NCBI GenBank assembly: GCA_965649295.1
Contig: CBFGKH010000006.1
Location: 1-64,000, forward strand
Direction: 5' to 3'
DNA: 64,000 bases
Source: a candidate division WOR-3 bacterium
GTDB lineage: Bacteria > Hydrothermota > Tepidihabitantia > Tepidihabitantales > Tepidihabitantaceae
Positions 1 through 10,792 of the stretch are shown here, in pieces. The stretch's first letter is position 1, and every line of letters starts with the position of its first letter. Made by a program: the position numbers and the translations under genes. The notes beneath the pieces are model-generated. The model worked only from the letters and a program-made list of their open reading frames with translations. It was not told the origin of the DNA and searched no databases.

Positions 1-138
1 TTGGGCAGCCCTAGGGCTGCGTTAGCCTAGCGCTCGACCACGAGCTTCTGGCTCGAAGTGAACCCACTAGCATCCAGCTTGACGAGATATACTCCAGCCG
101 CAAGCCCGCACAGGTCGCAAATCTTGCCCCTACAAACT

Positions 139-420
139 GATAGGTAACTTTGGCCCTACCCACACCCCACTGTCCCGGGGATGGTTTCCCAACCTCCTTG
201 CCGACCAGCCTCAACGCAAGCCTGCCGACGTCTCTCCCACTTTTGTTCTGAGAACCTCTGCTTCTGAGCTTCTGGCGGAGATTGGCAGCAAGCCTGCTTT
301 CGCCTCTCTTGCGGAGTTTTGGCGAGCCCTGTCCACCGGGCTTAGGCGAAGCTCTAGCCGAATCCTTCCCTCGCTCTTACTAGTTCTGCTTCAGGCCCCG
401 CTCTGAGCAAGCCTTGGGCC
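139..420 (-). repeat. Degenerate 12-nt-period array, copy A (inverted relative to copies B and C)
   Basis: About 20 successive 12-mers from 171 (tgtcccggggat ggtttcccaacc tccttgccgacc agcctcaacgca agcctgccgacg ...); anchor ACTGTCCCGGG at 169-179 is the reverse complement of the anchors at 14751 and 61926. Confidence 0.6.
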
Positions 421-585
421 AGGCCTCTTGCCTGGGCCTCGGGCCAGGGAGGAGCCAGATTGGTTCTCAGGCCGGCTGACCAGGCCAGGCCAAGAGCACA
501 ACCCGGTGTAGTGAGGCTGGGTGCGGTCGCGTTGCTAGTTCTGCTCGGCATTGCATTGTGGTCGGCTGCTGAGTAGTATGCACCG

Positions 586-1602
586 ATGTTGCCCAAGAGC
601 ATTGCCGGTGAGCTCTGTCGCATTCTGACCGCGGACGGGCTGGAGCTGCACGGCTTCTTCTGTCCAGGTCAAAAGCCAAGCGCCAAGCGGCCAAGGGCAA
701 GGCGGGCAAAGAGAATCGGAGTGCTGCACGTCCACGGCTGGCAGGGCAACTTCTATGAGAACCGGTTTATCTACGCCGCCGCTGCCAGCTACTCTGGCCG
801 TGGCCTTGGTTTCTTGGCAATGAACAACCGCGGCCACGACTACATTGCCGACATTCTCCGGCCAAGAGGCGAAGCCAAGGCTGAGCAACAAGAGAGTAGC
901 AAGCAGCAGCGAGGAGGAGAGACTGGGGTCTGGGCAGACTACGTGCAGCTTGGTGGCGTGTATGAGCGGCTGGCCGACTCTATTCCGGACATTCGGGCCG
1001 GGCTTGCTTTTCTAGCCAAGCGCGGTTACGGGCGATTCATTCTCCAGGGCCACAGCCACGGCGCGGTGAAGGCGGCGCACTACCTGGCCACGACCCAAGA
1101 CCGGCGGATAGCCGGCTTGGTGCTGCTATCGCCGTCTGATGACCTGGCCTGGGGCAGAAAACTGCTGGGCGACCGCTTTTCGGCAGTGCTGCGCCGGGCA
1201 ACCGCACTGGTTCGCGCTGGCCGGGAACGCGAGCTGCTACCGGCCGGGGCCTTTCCCTACCCGGTATCAGCCGGCACCTTTCTCGACTCATTTGGGCCAG
1301 ACGCCATGCCGGCGATGTTCAACCTGAGCCGAACCGACCGGAGCGAGTTCCCGGAACTGGCCGCCATCCGGGTACCAACATTAGCGGTTGTCGGCACGGT
1401 TGAGGAAGCGTTCGTGCTCGAACCGGCCGACTACCTTGACCGAATGCGGCAGGCGATGGTGCAGGCAGCCACCTTCACCGGCCACGTGGTGAACGGAGCG
1501 CCGCACAACTACCTCCGGTTTGAGCAGCAGCTTGCCGCTGTGCTTGAGGCCTGGCTGGACGGGCTCGGGTTGCGCCGTGCCGGACAGATGGCCAGCCGAT
1601 GA
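586..1602 (+). CDS. Alpha/beta hydrolase (DUF1749-like)
   Basis: HVHGW oxyanion segment, GHSHG nucleophile elbow, C-terminal GAPHNY His; TTGCAT-17-TAGTAT promoter ends 6 nt before the ATG. Confidence 0.8.
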   Translation: MLPKSIAGELCRILTADGLELHGFFCPGQKPSAKRPRARRAKRIGVLHVHGWQGNFYENRFIYAAAASYSGRGLGFLAMNNRGHDYIADILRPRGEAKAEQQESSKQQRGGETGVWADYVQLGGVYERLADSIPDIRAGLAFLAKRGYGRFILQGHSHGAVKAAHYLATTQDRRIAGLVLLSPSDDLAWGRKLLGDRFSAVLRRATALVRAGRERELLPAGAFPYPVSAGTFLDSFGPDAMPAMFNLSRTDRSEFPELAAIRVPTLAVVGTVEEAFVLEPADYLDRMRQAMVQAATFTGHVVNGAPHNYLRFEQQLAAVLEAWLDGLGLRRAGQMASR

Positions 1603-2408
1603 AAGACATCTTTGCGATTCTGCGCGAGCGCGCGCTTGCACTCACCCAGAACGGGCCGGATGCGGCCTTTCTGGTGCGCGGTATCTGGAAGGTCGAGCTG
1701 GCATTCCGACCCAATCCGGCTGAGCGCACGTTTCAGTACACCTTCTGGCTGGCAATGACTCAGGGTCAGGGGTGCTGTTACTGCACCGGTGACGATGAAC
1801 GGGGCCGAGACCTGGTTGGCAGTGATGCCCGCCAGCTTATTCAGGACCAGACCTGCATCGCCATTGCCGCACTCGATTCGATCTATGCCTCGATTCCGCG
1901 CCAGCCGGCCGCTGTCCACGAGCTGCGTGGCAACCCAATTGCCAAAACTACCGAGCGGACGCGGATAATCACCGAGGAGGCACTGCGCCTGCTGGACAAC
2001 CGCTGCCGTCGCCGGCCCCGGGTACTCAATGTCGGAGTGGTTGGCAACCTTATCCGCGACCTGCAGCAGCGTGGCTGCGAGGTGCGAGCTTCAGACCTCG
2101 AACCAGAGATGATTGGCCGCGAGGTACACGGCGTGGTCGTCGAAGACGGCTTTCGCACCCACCAACTGGTGGCCGAAGCTGACCTGGCGATTGTTACTGG
2201 CATGACCATTGCCACCGATTCACTCGGACTGATTGTTGAGGCCGCCCAGGCTAGCGGCACCAAGCTGTTGGTCTTTGCCGAGACCGGCGCGAACTTTGGC
2301 GAGGAATACTGCCAGACGATTGGGATTGACACCGTTGTCGCCGAGCCGTTCCCGTTCTACATCTTCCAAGGAGTGAGCACAATTGAGGTCTATCGGCGGT
2401 CAGGTTAG
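1599..2408 (+). CDS. Rossmann-like / DUF364-type protein
   Basis: VLNVGVVG, ADLAIVTGMTIATDSL resembles the DUF364 C-terminal domain; ATGA overlap with the upstream gene. Confidence 0.6.
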   Translation: MKDIFAILRERALALTQNGPDAAFLVRGIWKVELAFRPNPAERTFQYTFWLAMTQGQGCCYCTGDDERGRDLVGSDARQLIQDQTCIAIAALDSIYASIPRQPAAVHELRGNPIAKTTERTRIITEEALRLLDNRCRRRPRVLNVGVVGNLIRDLQQRGCEVRASDLEPEMIGREVHGVVVEDGFRTHQLVAEADLAIVTGMTIATDSLGLIVEAAQASGTKLLVFAETGANFGEEYCQTIGIDTVVAEPFPFYIFQGVSTIEVYRRSG

Positions 2409-2419
2409 GGGCCGGCACC

Positions 2420-3667
2420 ATGCTCTTTGAGCAGCACTTCTTCCAAGCTGGCCGGTTCACAAGCGATGGTGTCGAGCTTGCCGAGCTATTGGCAGTTCGG
2501 GGCACGCCGTGCTATCTCTACTCGGCCGGGCTGATGCTCGCAAAGCTCGAGCAGCTCCAGGCCGCCTTTCCGGGCTTCGCTATCCTCTACTCAGCCAAGG
2601 CCAATCCCAACATCGAGATTATTCGACTGCTGGGCACTGCCGGAGCCGGGGCTGAGATTAGCTCGCGCGGTGAACTACTAGCCGCACTGGCCGCCGGGGT
2701 TGCCCCCGAAAACATCGTCTATGTCGGCCCGGTCAAATCGCGAGCCGATATCAGCCTGGCAGTGAACCGTGGCATCTTTGCCATTGTCGTTGACTCGGCA
2801 CCGGAACTGGCCGAGGTTGAGAGCGTCGCTGTCGAGCAGGGCCGCGACGTCCGCGTGCTACTGCGGATCAACACCCACGAGCCAGCACCCCAGGCCAAGG
2901 AAGTGATGGTCGGCGGGCCATCGAAGTTCGGTTTCGATGAAGAACTGGTGGTTGAACAAGTGCGGTCGGTGCCGTTACGACGGGCGCGCATCAGTGGTAT
3001 TCAGGTCTATTCGGCTTCGAGCGTGCTCGACAGCCGGTGGCTTGGCCAGCACATTGACTACGTCGCCGCCCTCGCCCAGCGGCTTGCCACCGCGCTGCGG
3101 TTTGAGCTTGACTGCATTGACTTCGGTGGCGGCTTTGGCGTGCCGATGAATGACGAGCAGCCAGAGCTTGTTCTCGGCCCGGTCGCCGCTGCTGCCGCCC
3201 GGGTCAGAGCCGAGCTCGGCCGCTGCCGACTGCTCTTCGAGTCCGGCCGCTATCTTGTCGCCGAGGCCGGGCTTTTCCTTGCGCGGATTGTTCGAGTGAA
3301 GGAATCTCGCGGTCGGATACTCGCCATCTGCGACGGCGGCATGAACGCCTTTTCCCGACCGGTCTTCATGCGCATCAGCCACCCGGTGCGACTCCTCAAT
3401 CGGCTCACCGCGCCGCCGACCGCGACCGTTGACATCTGCGGCCCAATCTGCACCCCGCTCGACTGCATCGCCAGCGCTGTCCACCTGCCCCGGCCCCAGC
3501 CCGGCGATATTGTCGGCGTCGGCAACGCCGGTGCCTATGGCTACACGATGAGCCTGCTCGAATTCATGAGCCTCGGCCGTCCCGCCGAACTGCTGACCGC
3601 GGCCGGCACGATTCGGGTCATCCGCGAGCCCACCCCCAGCGCCAGCGAGCTAGCTAGCGGCCATTGA
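2420..3667 (+). CDS. Fold-type III PLP-dependent decarboxylase (LysA/BtrK-like)
   Basis: YSAKAN PLP lysine, SKFG, DFGGGFG, FESGRYLV, GPICTPLD, GAYG motifs. Confidence 0.85.
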   Translation: MLFEQHFFQAGRFTSDGVELAELLAVRGTPCYLYSAGLMLAKLEQLQAAFPGFAILYSAKANPNIEIIRLLGTAGAGAEISSRGELLAALAAGVAPENIVYVGPVKSRADISLAVNRGIFAIVVDSAPELAEVESVAVEQGRDVRVLLRINTHEPAPQAKEVMVGGPSKFGFDEELVVEQVRSVPLRRARISGIQVYSASSVLDSRWLGQHIDYVAALAQRLATALRFELDCIDFGGGFGVPMNDEQPELVLGPVAAAAARVRAELGRCRLLFESGRYLVAEAGLFLARIVRVKESRGRILAICDGGMNAFSRPVFMRISHPVRLLNRLTAPPTATVDICGPICTPLDCIASAVHLPRPQPGDIVGVGNAGAYGYTMSLLEFMSLGRPAELLTAAGTIRVIREPTPSASELASGH

Positions 3668-3707
3668 CAGCCGGCCCGGCCGGCTTATAATGAGCATATG
3701 CCCATAA
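3664..3707 (+). promoter_or_regulatory. Consensus sigma70 promoter with an overlapping palindromic operator
   Basis: TTGACA 3664-3669, 16-nt spacer, TATAAT 3686-3691; near-palindrome ATGAGCATATGCCCAT 3690-3705. Confidence 0.75.
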
Positions 3708-3731
3708 CTAGTAGTAACAAGCGAGGCGCTG

Positions 3732-3959
3732 ATGCCCAATCGTGACGGTAAGGGGCCGCTCGGACTGCGGCCGCCCACGAAACTCTGCGAGCTGGGCGGA
3801 TTGCGCTCGCTGCCCGGCGGACTTGGTCGCCGGCTGCGGCTCTTTCTTGGCAACCGGGCAACTGCCCAGCCTGCCCGCCAGCAGCTCGAAGAGTATCGGG
3901 CCGCCCTGCAGGCTGAACTGGCCGCGGTCGAGAGGCTATTGGCAGGGACCGATGCCTAG
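3732..3959 (+). CDS. DUF5320-like small protein
   Basis: MPxxDGxGPxG N-terminus, C-terminal coiled coil, GAGG RBS, typical context next to DUF134/NifX genes. Confidence 0.65.
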   Translation: MPNRDGKGPLGLRPPTKLCELGGLRSLPGGLGRRLRLFLGNRATAQPARQQLEEYRAALQAELAAVERLLAGTDA

Positions 3960-4293
3960 GCCGCGCTGCTGCCGGCGGGTGGCGGTTCAGCCGGGTGCCC
4001 AGTTCTACAAGCCGCAGGGCGTGCCGCTCTGTCGGCTGGCGACCGTTCACGTCGCCTTGGACGAGCTAGAGGCGTTGCGGCTCGTGGACGGCGAGGGACT
4101 GGATCAAGCTGCGGCCGCGGCCCAGATGGGCGTCTCAAGACAGACGCTCGGCCGGATTCTTGATGCGGCCCGGCACAAGCTGGCCCAGGCGCTGGTCGAG
4201 GGGCGGGCTATCGAGTTTGTATCTCATGCCTCGGTAAGAATCGTTGGCCGCCACCGTTGCGGCCGACAACGGAGAACAAAGGAGTCGGAATGA
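3952..4293 (+). CDS. DUF134 family HTH protein
   Basis: MPRPRCCRRV...FYKPQG...DELEALRLVD...AAAQMGVSRQTLGRIL..ARHKLA.ALVEG; start moved to the ATG at 3952. Confidence 0.9.
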   Translation: MPRPRCCRRVAVQPGAQFYKPQGVPLCRLATVHVALDELEALRLVDGEGLDQAAAAAQMGVSRQTLGRILDAARHKLAQALVEGRAIEFVSHASVRIVGRHRCGRQRRTKESE

Positions 4294-4656
4294 AGATTGT
4301 AGTCTGCGCTGATGGCGACACAATTGACAGTCGCGTTGATGCCGAGTTTGGACATTGCCGCGGCTGGCTGTTCATTGACACCGAGACCGATGCCTGCCAG
4401 CCCGGGCCGAACCAGACCCCGGCCGGCAACTGCAGAGGAACGGCGCTAGCAATGGCGATGGCCGCAAGCGGTGCCAAGGCAGTGATTATTGACCACTGTG
4501 GCCCGGGCGCGTTTGCTGCCCTAACGGCAGCCGGTCTAGCCGTCTATGCCGCGCCAGGGCTGAGCGTACGCGACGCAGTGGCCCAGTTCAAACAAGGACA
4601 ACTGCCCCGGGTTGAGGCTGCCCGCTGCGGCCACGGCAATCGCCACGGATACTGCC

Positions 4657-4667
<11 letters not shown>
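4290..4667 (+). CDS. NifB/NifX family Fe-Mo cofactor-binding-like protein
   Basis: MKIVVC...VDAEFGHC...GPGAFAAL; AAGGAG RBS before ATG 4290; His/Cys-rich tail. Confidence 0.85.
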
Positions 4668-5481
<814 letters not shown>

Positions 5482-5546
5482 GTCTGTCCCTTGCTTGTGG
5501 GCTTCATGCACTTCCCTTTGGTTCTATCTTAAGCTAGGAGGCGACG

Positions 5547-5900
5547 ATGACACAGCAGAAGATTGCCCTCTTTGCTTTCTCGGGCGAGCCTGGCTGCTTT
5601 GCCCACCTGATGCTCAACGCCATCGAGCTCCGCGAGCGCGGCCACGACGTCAAGGTGATAATCGAAGGCGACGCAACCAAGCTCATCTCGCTGCTTCGCA
5701 ACGAGACAAAGCCGTTTGCCGATCTCTACCGACGGTTCCTCTCCTATAATTTGATTGACTGCGTCTGCAAGGCCTGCGCGACCAAGAACAGTGTCGTGCC
5801 GGCAGTAATTGAACAGGGATTGCGCCTCGAGGGCGAGCTGGCCGGCCATCCAAGCATGGCCCGCTATCTTGAGGCCGGCTACGAACTAATCACCCTCTAG
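5547..5900 (+). CDS. DsrE-like cytoplasmic protein
   Basis: CFAHLMLNA, IIEG, CVCKAC, GHPSM..Y...GY; AGGAGG RBS. Confidence 0.75.
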   Translation: MTQQKIALFAFSGEPGCFAHLMLNAIELRERGHDVKVIIEGDATKLISLLRNETKPFADLYRRFLSYNLIDCVCKACATKNSVVPAVIEQGLRLEGELAGHPSMARYLEAGYELITL

Positions 5901-5903
5901 CCC

Positions 5904-6548
5904 GTGGCCGAGCCGAGTCCATTCGATGCGCTGGCCGAGCGCTACGATGCCTGGTACGACGGCAAGGGCCGGGTGGCTTTTGCCAGCGAGCTGGCCGCGC
6001 TGAAACTGGTCCTGCCCGAATGCCCACCGCCATGGCTGGAGATTGGTGTCGGCAGTGGCCGCTTTGCGCAGGCCCTAGGTATTCCGCTCGGCATTGACCC
6101 TTCGGCCGAACTGTTGGAGCTAGCCCAGCACCGCGGCATCAGGACAATCTGCGGCCGGGGCGAATCCCTGCCTCTGGCTGAAGCCAGCTTGGGCACGGCC
6201 TTCCTGCTGACCACTTGGGAGTTTCTGCCCAACCCCGCCTTGGTGCTCGCCGAGTGCCGGCGGGTGCTGCGACCCGATGGCCGGCTGGTGAACGCCTATC
6301 TTGACCGGGACGGCAAATGGGCAAAGCTCTACCTGGCCAAGGCCAAGGCCGGGCATCCCCTGTTCTGCCACGCCCACTTTGACAACCTAGACCAAGTAAG
6401 GCAGCAGACTGAGGAGGCCGGGTTCAGAGTTACCCGGATTGTTTCAACGCTGCTGGCCGGGCCGGACGAACCGCCGGTTCAAGAAGAACCCCAGGAAGGG
6501 TTCATTCCCGGCGCGAGCTTTGTTGTCGTCGTGGCCCAGCCTCGCTAG
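5904..6548 (+). CDS. Class I SAM-dependent methyltransferase
   Basis: YDAWY, LEIGVGSGRF, GIDPS, ECRRVLRPDG. Confidence 0.88.
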   Translation: MAEPSPFDALAERYDAWYDGKGRVAFASELAALKLVLPECPPPWLEIGVGSGRFAQALGIPLGIDPSAELLELAQHRGIRTICGRGESLPLAEASLGTAFLLTTWEFLPNPALVLAECRRVLRPDGRLVNAYLDRDGKWAKLYLAKAKAGHPLFCHAHFDNLDQVRQQTEEAGFRVTRIVSTLLAGPDEPPVQEEPQEGFIPGASFVVVVAQPR

Positions 6549-7501
6549 AACCCGAGCCGGCGCATTGCCGCTGCATGCTCGGCAAAGGTTGTCGAGAAGA
6601 TATGGGAGCCATCGCCACGGCTAACGAAGTAGAGATAGTCGTGACGTGCTGGCCTGAGTGCCGCAGCCAGGGCCTGGCGGCCGGGTGAGCAGATTGGGCC
6701 GGGCGGCAGGCCGAGATGTCGGTAGGTATTGTAGGGCGATTCCACCGCTAGGTCAGCATCACTCAGCCGCGACCGATGCTGGCCCAGCGCATACTCGACA
6801 GTCGCACAGGACTGTAGCGGCATACCGCGCCGGAGCCGGTTGACAAAGACACCGGCAATCAAGGCCATCTCTTGCGGCAACCGGGCCTCGCGCTCGACAA
6901 TCGAAGCGAGCGTCACCACTGCTGCTTCCGAACTGCGTGCCTTAGGCAAAGAATCGACAGCCACCAGCGAGTCCATGACCTCGCGAAACTGGCGCAGGAA
7001 CACGGCAACGACCTCAGTCGGCGTCATCGCGGTCGAGAACTCGTAGGTCTCCGGGAAAAGATAGCCCTCGGCGTTCGGTGCGGTGATGCCGAACCGACGA
7101 AGCAGGCCACTGTCGGCAGCCGCGGCCAGAAACCCGGCCGAGTCAACAAGGCCGGCCGCAGCCAGTCGGGCAGCAGTCTGCTGGCTGGTCAGGCCTTCCG
7201 GAATTGTCACAAACAGCCGGGCCGGCTCCTCGCGGGCGAGCACCCGCAGGACCTGCCGCTCATCTGAGTCGGTGCGCAACCGGTACCGGCCTGGGACAAT
7301 CCGGCGCTGATAGCCATTACGCCAAGCCAGCAGCCCAAACCGCAGCCGACTCCGGATTACCCCGCGCTGGGCAAGCGTATCGGCCAAAGCGGTGAGTCGC
7401 TCGCCGGGTCGGACAACCACTGTCACCGTCACCGGCGGCCTGCTCGGTCGCGAGCAGCCAAGCAGTATTATTATGAGGACAATTGCCGACCGCCAGCCCA
7501 T
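6545..7501 (-). CDS. mltG: Endolytic transglycosylase MltG
   Basis: TIPEG, EGYLFPETY, LASIVERE, NRL..GMPLQS, SPYNTY...GLPPGPI. Confidence 0.95.
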   Translation of the reverse strand: MGWRSAIVLIIILLGCSRPSRPPVTVTVVVRPGERLTALADTLAQRGVIRSRLRFGLLAWRNGYQRRIVPGRYRLRTDSDERQVLRVLAREEPARLFVTIPEGLTSQQTAARLAAAGLVDSAGFLAAAADSGLLRRFGITAPNAEGYLFPETYEFSTAMTPTEVVAVFLRQFREVMDSLVAVDSLPKARSSEAAVVTLASIVEREARLPQEMALIAGVFVNRLRRGMPLQSCATVEYALGQHRSRLSDADLAVESPYNTYRHLGLPPGPICSPGRQALAAALRPARHDYLYFVSRGDGSHIFSTTFAEHAAAMRRLGF

Positions 7502-7924
7502 CTAGCCGAGTGTGGCGAGATAATCCTCGAGGATGATTGTTGCCGCGACCCTGTCAACTGCCTGCTGCCGCCGCGGCTTGCGACTGGTACCGCCATAGAC
7601 CGTTGCCAGCACCTGACTGGCCCGGACCGTCGAAAACCGTTCGTTGATGGTATGGACCGGCAGCCTAGTCGCCGCTGCCAGCCGCCGGCAGAAGCCCTGC
7701 ACTGCCTGCGAACGCTGGCTGGGCTGGCCCCTGCTGCCAAGCGGCAGGCCGACAACCAGTTCACTGACCTGCCACTCGGCGATAATCCGACTGATGGCGC
7801 CAATCAACTCAGCCTCACAGCGATGGCTGACCGTGCCTAGGGCCTGGGCAATCGTCCGGGTCGGATCAGAAATCGCAAGACCGGTGCGGCGCGTGCCGTA
7901 ATCAATAGCGAGAATCCGTGACAA
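7502..7924 (-). CDS. ruvX: Holliday junction resolvase-like RuvX/YqgF
   Basis: LAIDYG..RTGLAISD, VVGLP, NERFST, DRVAA.IILE. Confidence 0.95.
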   Translation of the reverse strand: MSRILAIDYGTRRTGLAISDPTRTIAQALGTVSHRCEAELIGAISRIIAEWQVSELVVGLPLGSRGQPSQRSQAVQGFCRRLAAATRLPVHTINERFSTVRASQVLATVYGGTSRKPRRQQAVDRVAATIILEDYLATLG

Positions 7925-8011
7925 CTAGGCTAGTCTAGACGACCGGTCGCAGCCTGTAAAGGCAGTCCAAGCCGATTTGACTTACGAGTGCTGGCCGATA
8001 TAGTAACGGCT

Positions 8012-9499
8012 GTGACTGCCGAGCCTGCTCCAACACCGTCAAGCCCCCAAAGCGGCCATGACCGCGAGGTGCGGTTGCGTAAGCTCGGCCGATTGCGCGA
8101 GCTCGGCGTCATCCCTTATGCCTACCGCTGGGACCGCACCCACACGGCCCACCAGGCCACGAGCGACTTTGACGCGCTGACTGCGGCCGGCACCGAGGTC
8201 CGGGTTGCTGGCCGGCTCATGTCCCGACGCGAGCACGGCAAGACCCAGTTCGGCCACATTCAGGATGAGAGCGGCCGGCTTCAGCTCTATCTCCGCCGTG
8301 ACACGCTCGGCGAGGATGCCTTTGACCGCCTCGACCTGCTCGACATCGGCGACTTTGTCGGCGCCCGCGGCGAGCTGTTCCGAACTCGCACCGGCGAGAT
8401 AACGGTCAATGTCCGGGAACTGGTGTTACTCACCAAGTCCCTCCACCCTCTGCCCGAGAAGTTTCACGGTCTGCGTGACATCGAGACCCGTTACCGACAG
8501 CGCTATGTTGACCTGATTGTCAACCCCGAATCGCGGGCCGTCCTCGTCCGCCGCACCCAGCTTATCCGACTACTGCGCCAGTTCCTCGACAGTCGCGGCT
8601 TCATCGAGGTCGAGACGCCAATCCTGCAGCCCATCTACGGCGGAGCAGCCGCCGCGCCGTTTGTCACCCACTACAATGTTCTCGACCAGCCGATGTTTCT
8701 CCGCATCTCCGACGAACTCTACCTGAAACGGCTGATTGTTGGCGGGTTTGAGCGGGTGTACGAGATTGGCAAGGACTTTCGCAACGAGGGGCTGGACCGC
8801 ACCCACAATCCTGAATTCACCCAGCTTGAACTCTACTGGGCCTATGCCGACTACAACGATATGATGGCCTTGGTCGAGGAACTGTTCCGGTTTCTGGCCA
8901 TCGAACTCTACGGCCGGACCACCATCGAATACGGCGGTCGCACAATTGACTTTGGCCGGCCCTGGCAGCGGCTGCGCTTTGTTGACGAGCTGGCACGGCG
9001 GATTGAGGCCGATCCGCTCCGCCTCTCCTTGCCGCTGCTGCGCAAGGTTGCCGCCTATCACGGCATCGCGGTAAGCGAACAAACCTCCCACGCCAAGCTG
9101 CTCGACAAGCTCTTCTCCGAACTGGTTCAGGACCACATCGTCGAGCCGACCTTTGTCCTTGACCATCCGAAAGTTACAACCCCGCTCGCCAAAGAGCATC
9201 GGGACAATCCCGAGCTGGTCGAGCGGTTCGAGCCGGTTGTCTGCGGCATGGAACTGGGCAATGCCTTCTCCGAACTGAACGACCCGGTTGAGCAGCGGCG
9301 CCGGTTCGAGGCCGGAGTGGCCGCCAACGAGGAATACGCCACAGTTGACGAGGACTACTGCACCGCACTCGAGTATGGCATGCCGCCGACCGGCGGCCTG
9401 GGCATCGGCATAGACCGGCTGACAATGCTCTTCACCAACAGCTCGACCATCCGCGACGTAATCCTCTTTCCCCAGTTGCGACCGGCGCAAGAGCGGTGA
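8012..9499 (+). CDS. lysS: Lysine--tRNA ligase (class II)
   Basis: OB-fold, RYRQRYVDL, FRNEG...HNPEFT, YGMPPTGGLGIGIDR; in-frame GTG 8012 lies 7 nt after TATAGT (ORF track starts at 7988). Confidence 0.97.
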   Translation: MTAEPAPTPSSPQSGHDREVRLRKLGRLRELGVIPYAYRWDRTHTAHQATSDFDALTAAGTEVRVAGRLMSRREHGKTQFGHIQDESGRLQLYLRRDTLGEDAFDRLDLLDIGDFVGARGELFRTRTGEITVNVRELVLLTKSLHPLPEKFHGLRDIETRYRQRYVDLIVNPESRAVLVRRTQLIRLLRQFLDSRGFIEVETPILQPIYGGAAAAPFVTHYNVLDQPMFLRISDELYLKRLIVGGFERVYEIGKDFRNEGLDRTHNPEFTQLELYWAYADYNDMMALVEELFRFLAIELYGRTTIEYGGRTIDFGRPWQRLRFVDELARRIEADPLRLSLPLLRKVAAYHGIAVSEQTSHAKLLDKLFSELVQDHIVEPTFVLDHPKVTTPLAKEHRDNPELVERFEPVVCGMELGNAFSELNDPVEQRRRFEAGVAANEEYATVDEDYCTALEYGMPPTGGLGIGIDRLTMLFTNSSTIRDVILFPQLRPAQER

Positions 9500-9571
9500 G
9501 CCAGCCCAGCCCGATGTCATTTTGCCCAGGCCAACGGTCCGCTGACCGTCGCCTAGGCACAGGACTCGGCA

Positions 9572-10792
9572 GTGTGGTTTGAACTCTTCATGGCCCGGCG
9601 CTACCTGCGCGGCCGGGGCCGACGGTTCTTTTCCGGTATCACCGCCATCGCTATCGGCGGCGTCTTTGTCGGCGTCGCGGCAATCCTGATTGTCCTCTCC
9701 GTCGAAAACGGTTTTCACAAGGAGCTGCGCGACCGCATCCTCGGCGCCACCCCCCACATCGTCGTCACCCAGTACAGCTATGCCGCCTTTCCCTATGCCG
9801 GCCGTGACGACAGCCTCCAAGCCCGGATTGCCCGGGTTCCCGGCGTTGTCACCGTCGCCCCGTTTATTCTTGCCAAGACGCTCGTGCGCACCGAAAACGG
9901 CGTCGAAGGCGTCGTCATTCGCGGCATTGACCCAAATCAGGAGAACGAAGTGACCGAGATTGCCGGCACCATCCGCGATGGCCGTTTCGGCTTCGACTCG
10001 GCCGGCGTCGTCCTCGGCATCGAACTGGCCCGGATGCTCGGCGTGGCCGTCGGCGACCGCATCAACCTTGCCTCACCGTTCGGCGGCACCAGTACCCCTT
10101 TTGGCTTTCTACCCCGCACCCGCTACTTCCGGGTCAACGGCATCTTCGACGCCGGCATGTATGAGTACAACGCCTCGTTTGTCTATCTCAGCCTTGACGA
10201 GATTCAACGGTTTCTCGGCATGCCCGGCCAGATTACCGGCTTTGAGGTGCGAGTGCGCGACGTCTATGCCTCCACCGCCGTGGCCCGGCGCATCACCAAC
10301 ACGCTCGGCCATCCCTACCGGGCCGTTGACTGGATTGCCCAGAACCGCAACCTCTTCACCGCGCTCCGACTCGAAAAGGTCGTCACCTTCATCGTCCTCG
10401 TCCTCATCGTCCTCGTCGCCGCCTTCAACATCATCGGCATGTTGATGATGATGGTAATGCGCAAGACCAGCGAGATTGGCATCCTCAAGGCAATCGGCGC
10501 CGGCCCCGGCACCATCACCCGCATCTTCATCGCTGCCGGCGGCCTGATTGGCCTCATCGGCACCGTCACCGGCGCCGGCTTTGGCCTGCTCGTCTCGTGG
10601 CTACTGAACAAATACCGATTTGTCTCCCTGCCCGGCGATGTCTATTTCATCAAGAACCTGCCGGTCCAGATTCAGCCCCTCGATTTCCTGCTCGTCAGCG
10701 GCGCTGCCATCATCATCACCTTTGCCGCCACCATCTATCCGGCCCGGCGGGCTGCCCAGCTCGTACCGCTGGAGGCGATTCGCCATGAGTGA
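9572..10792 (+). CDS. lolC: Lipoprotein-releasing ABC permease LolC/E
   Basis: ARRYLR, NGF..EL..RILG, AAFNI, EIGILKAIGA, YPARRAA. Confidence 0.9.
   Translation: MWFELFMARRYLRGRGRRFFSGITAIAIGGVFVGVAAILIVLSVENGFHKELRDRILGATPHIVVTQYSYAAFPYAGRDDSLQARIARVPGVVTVAPFILAKTLVRTENGVEGVVIRGIDPNQENEVTEIAGTIRDGRFGFDSAGVVLGIELARMLGVAVGDRINLASPFGGTSTPFGFLPRTRYFRVNGIFDAGMYEYNASFVYLSLDEIQRFLGMPGQITGFEVRVRDVYASTAVARRITNTLGHPYRAVDWIAQNRNLFTALRLEKVVTFIVLVLIVLVAAFNIIGMLMMMVMRKTSEIGILKAIGAGPGTITRIFIAAGGLIGLIGTVTGAGFGLLVSWLLNKYRFVSLPGDVYFIKNLPVQIQPLDFLLVSGAAIIITFAATIYPARRAAQLVPLEAIRHE

Noticed and set aside
1..135. A fourth 12-nt array at the window start
   Set aside because: Similar composition, but I could not find a consistent 12-nt phase or the anchor
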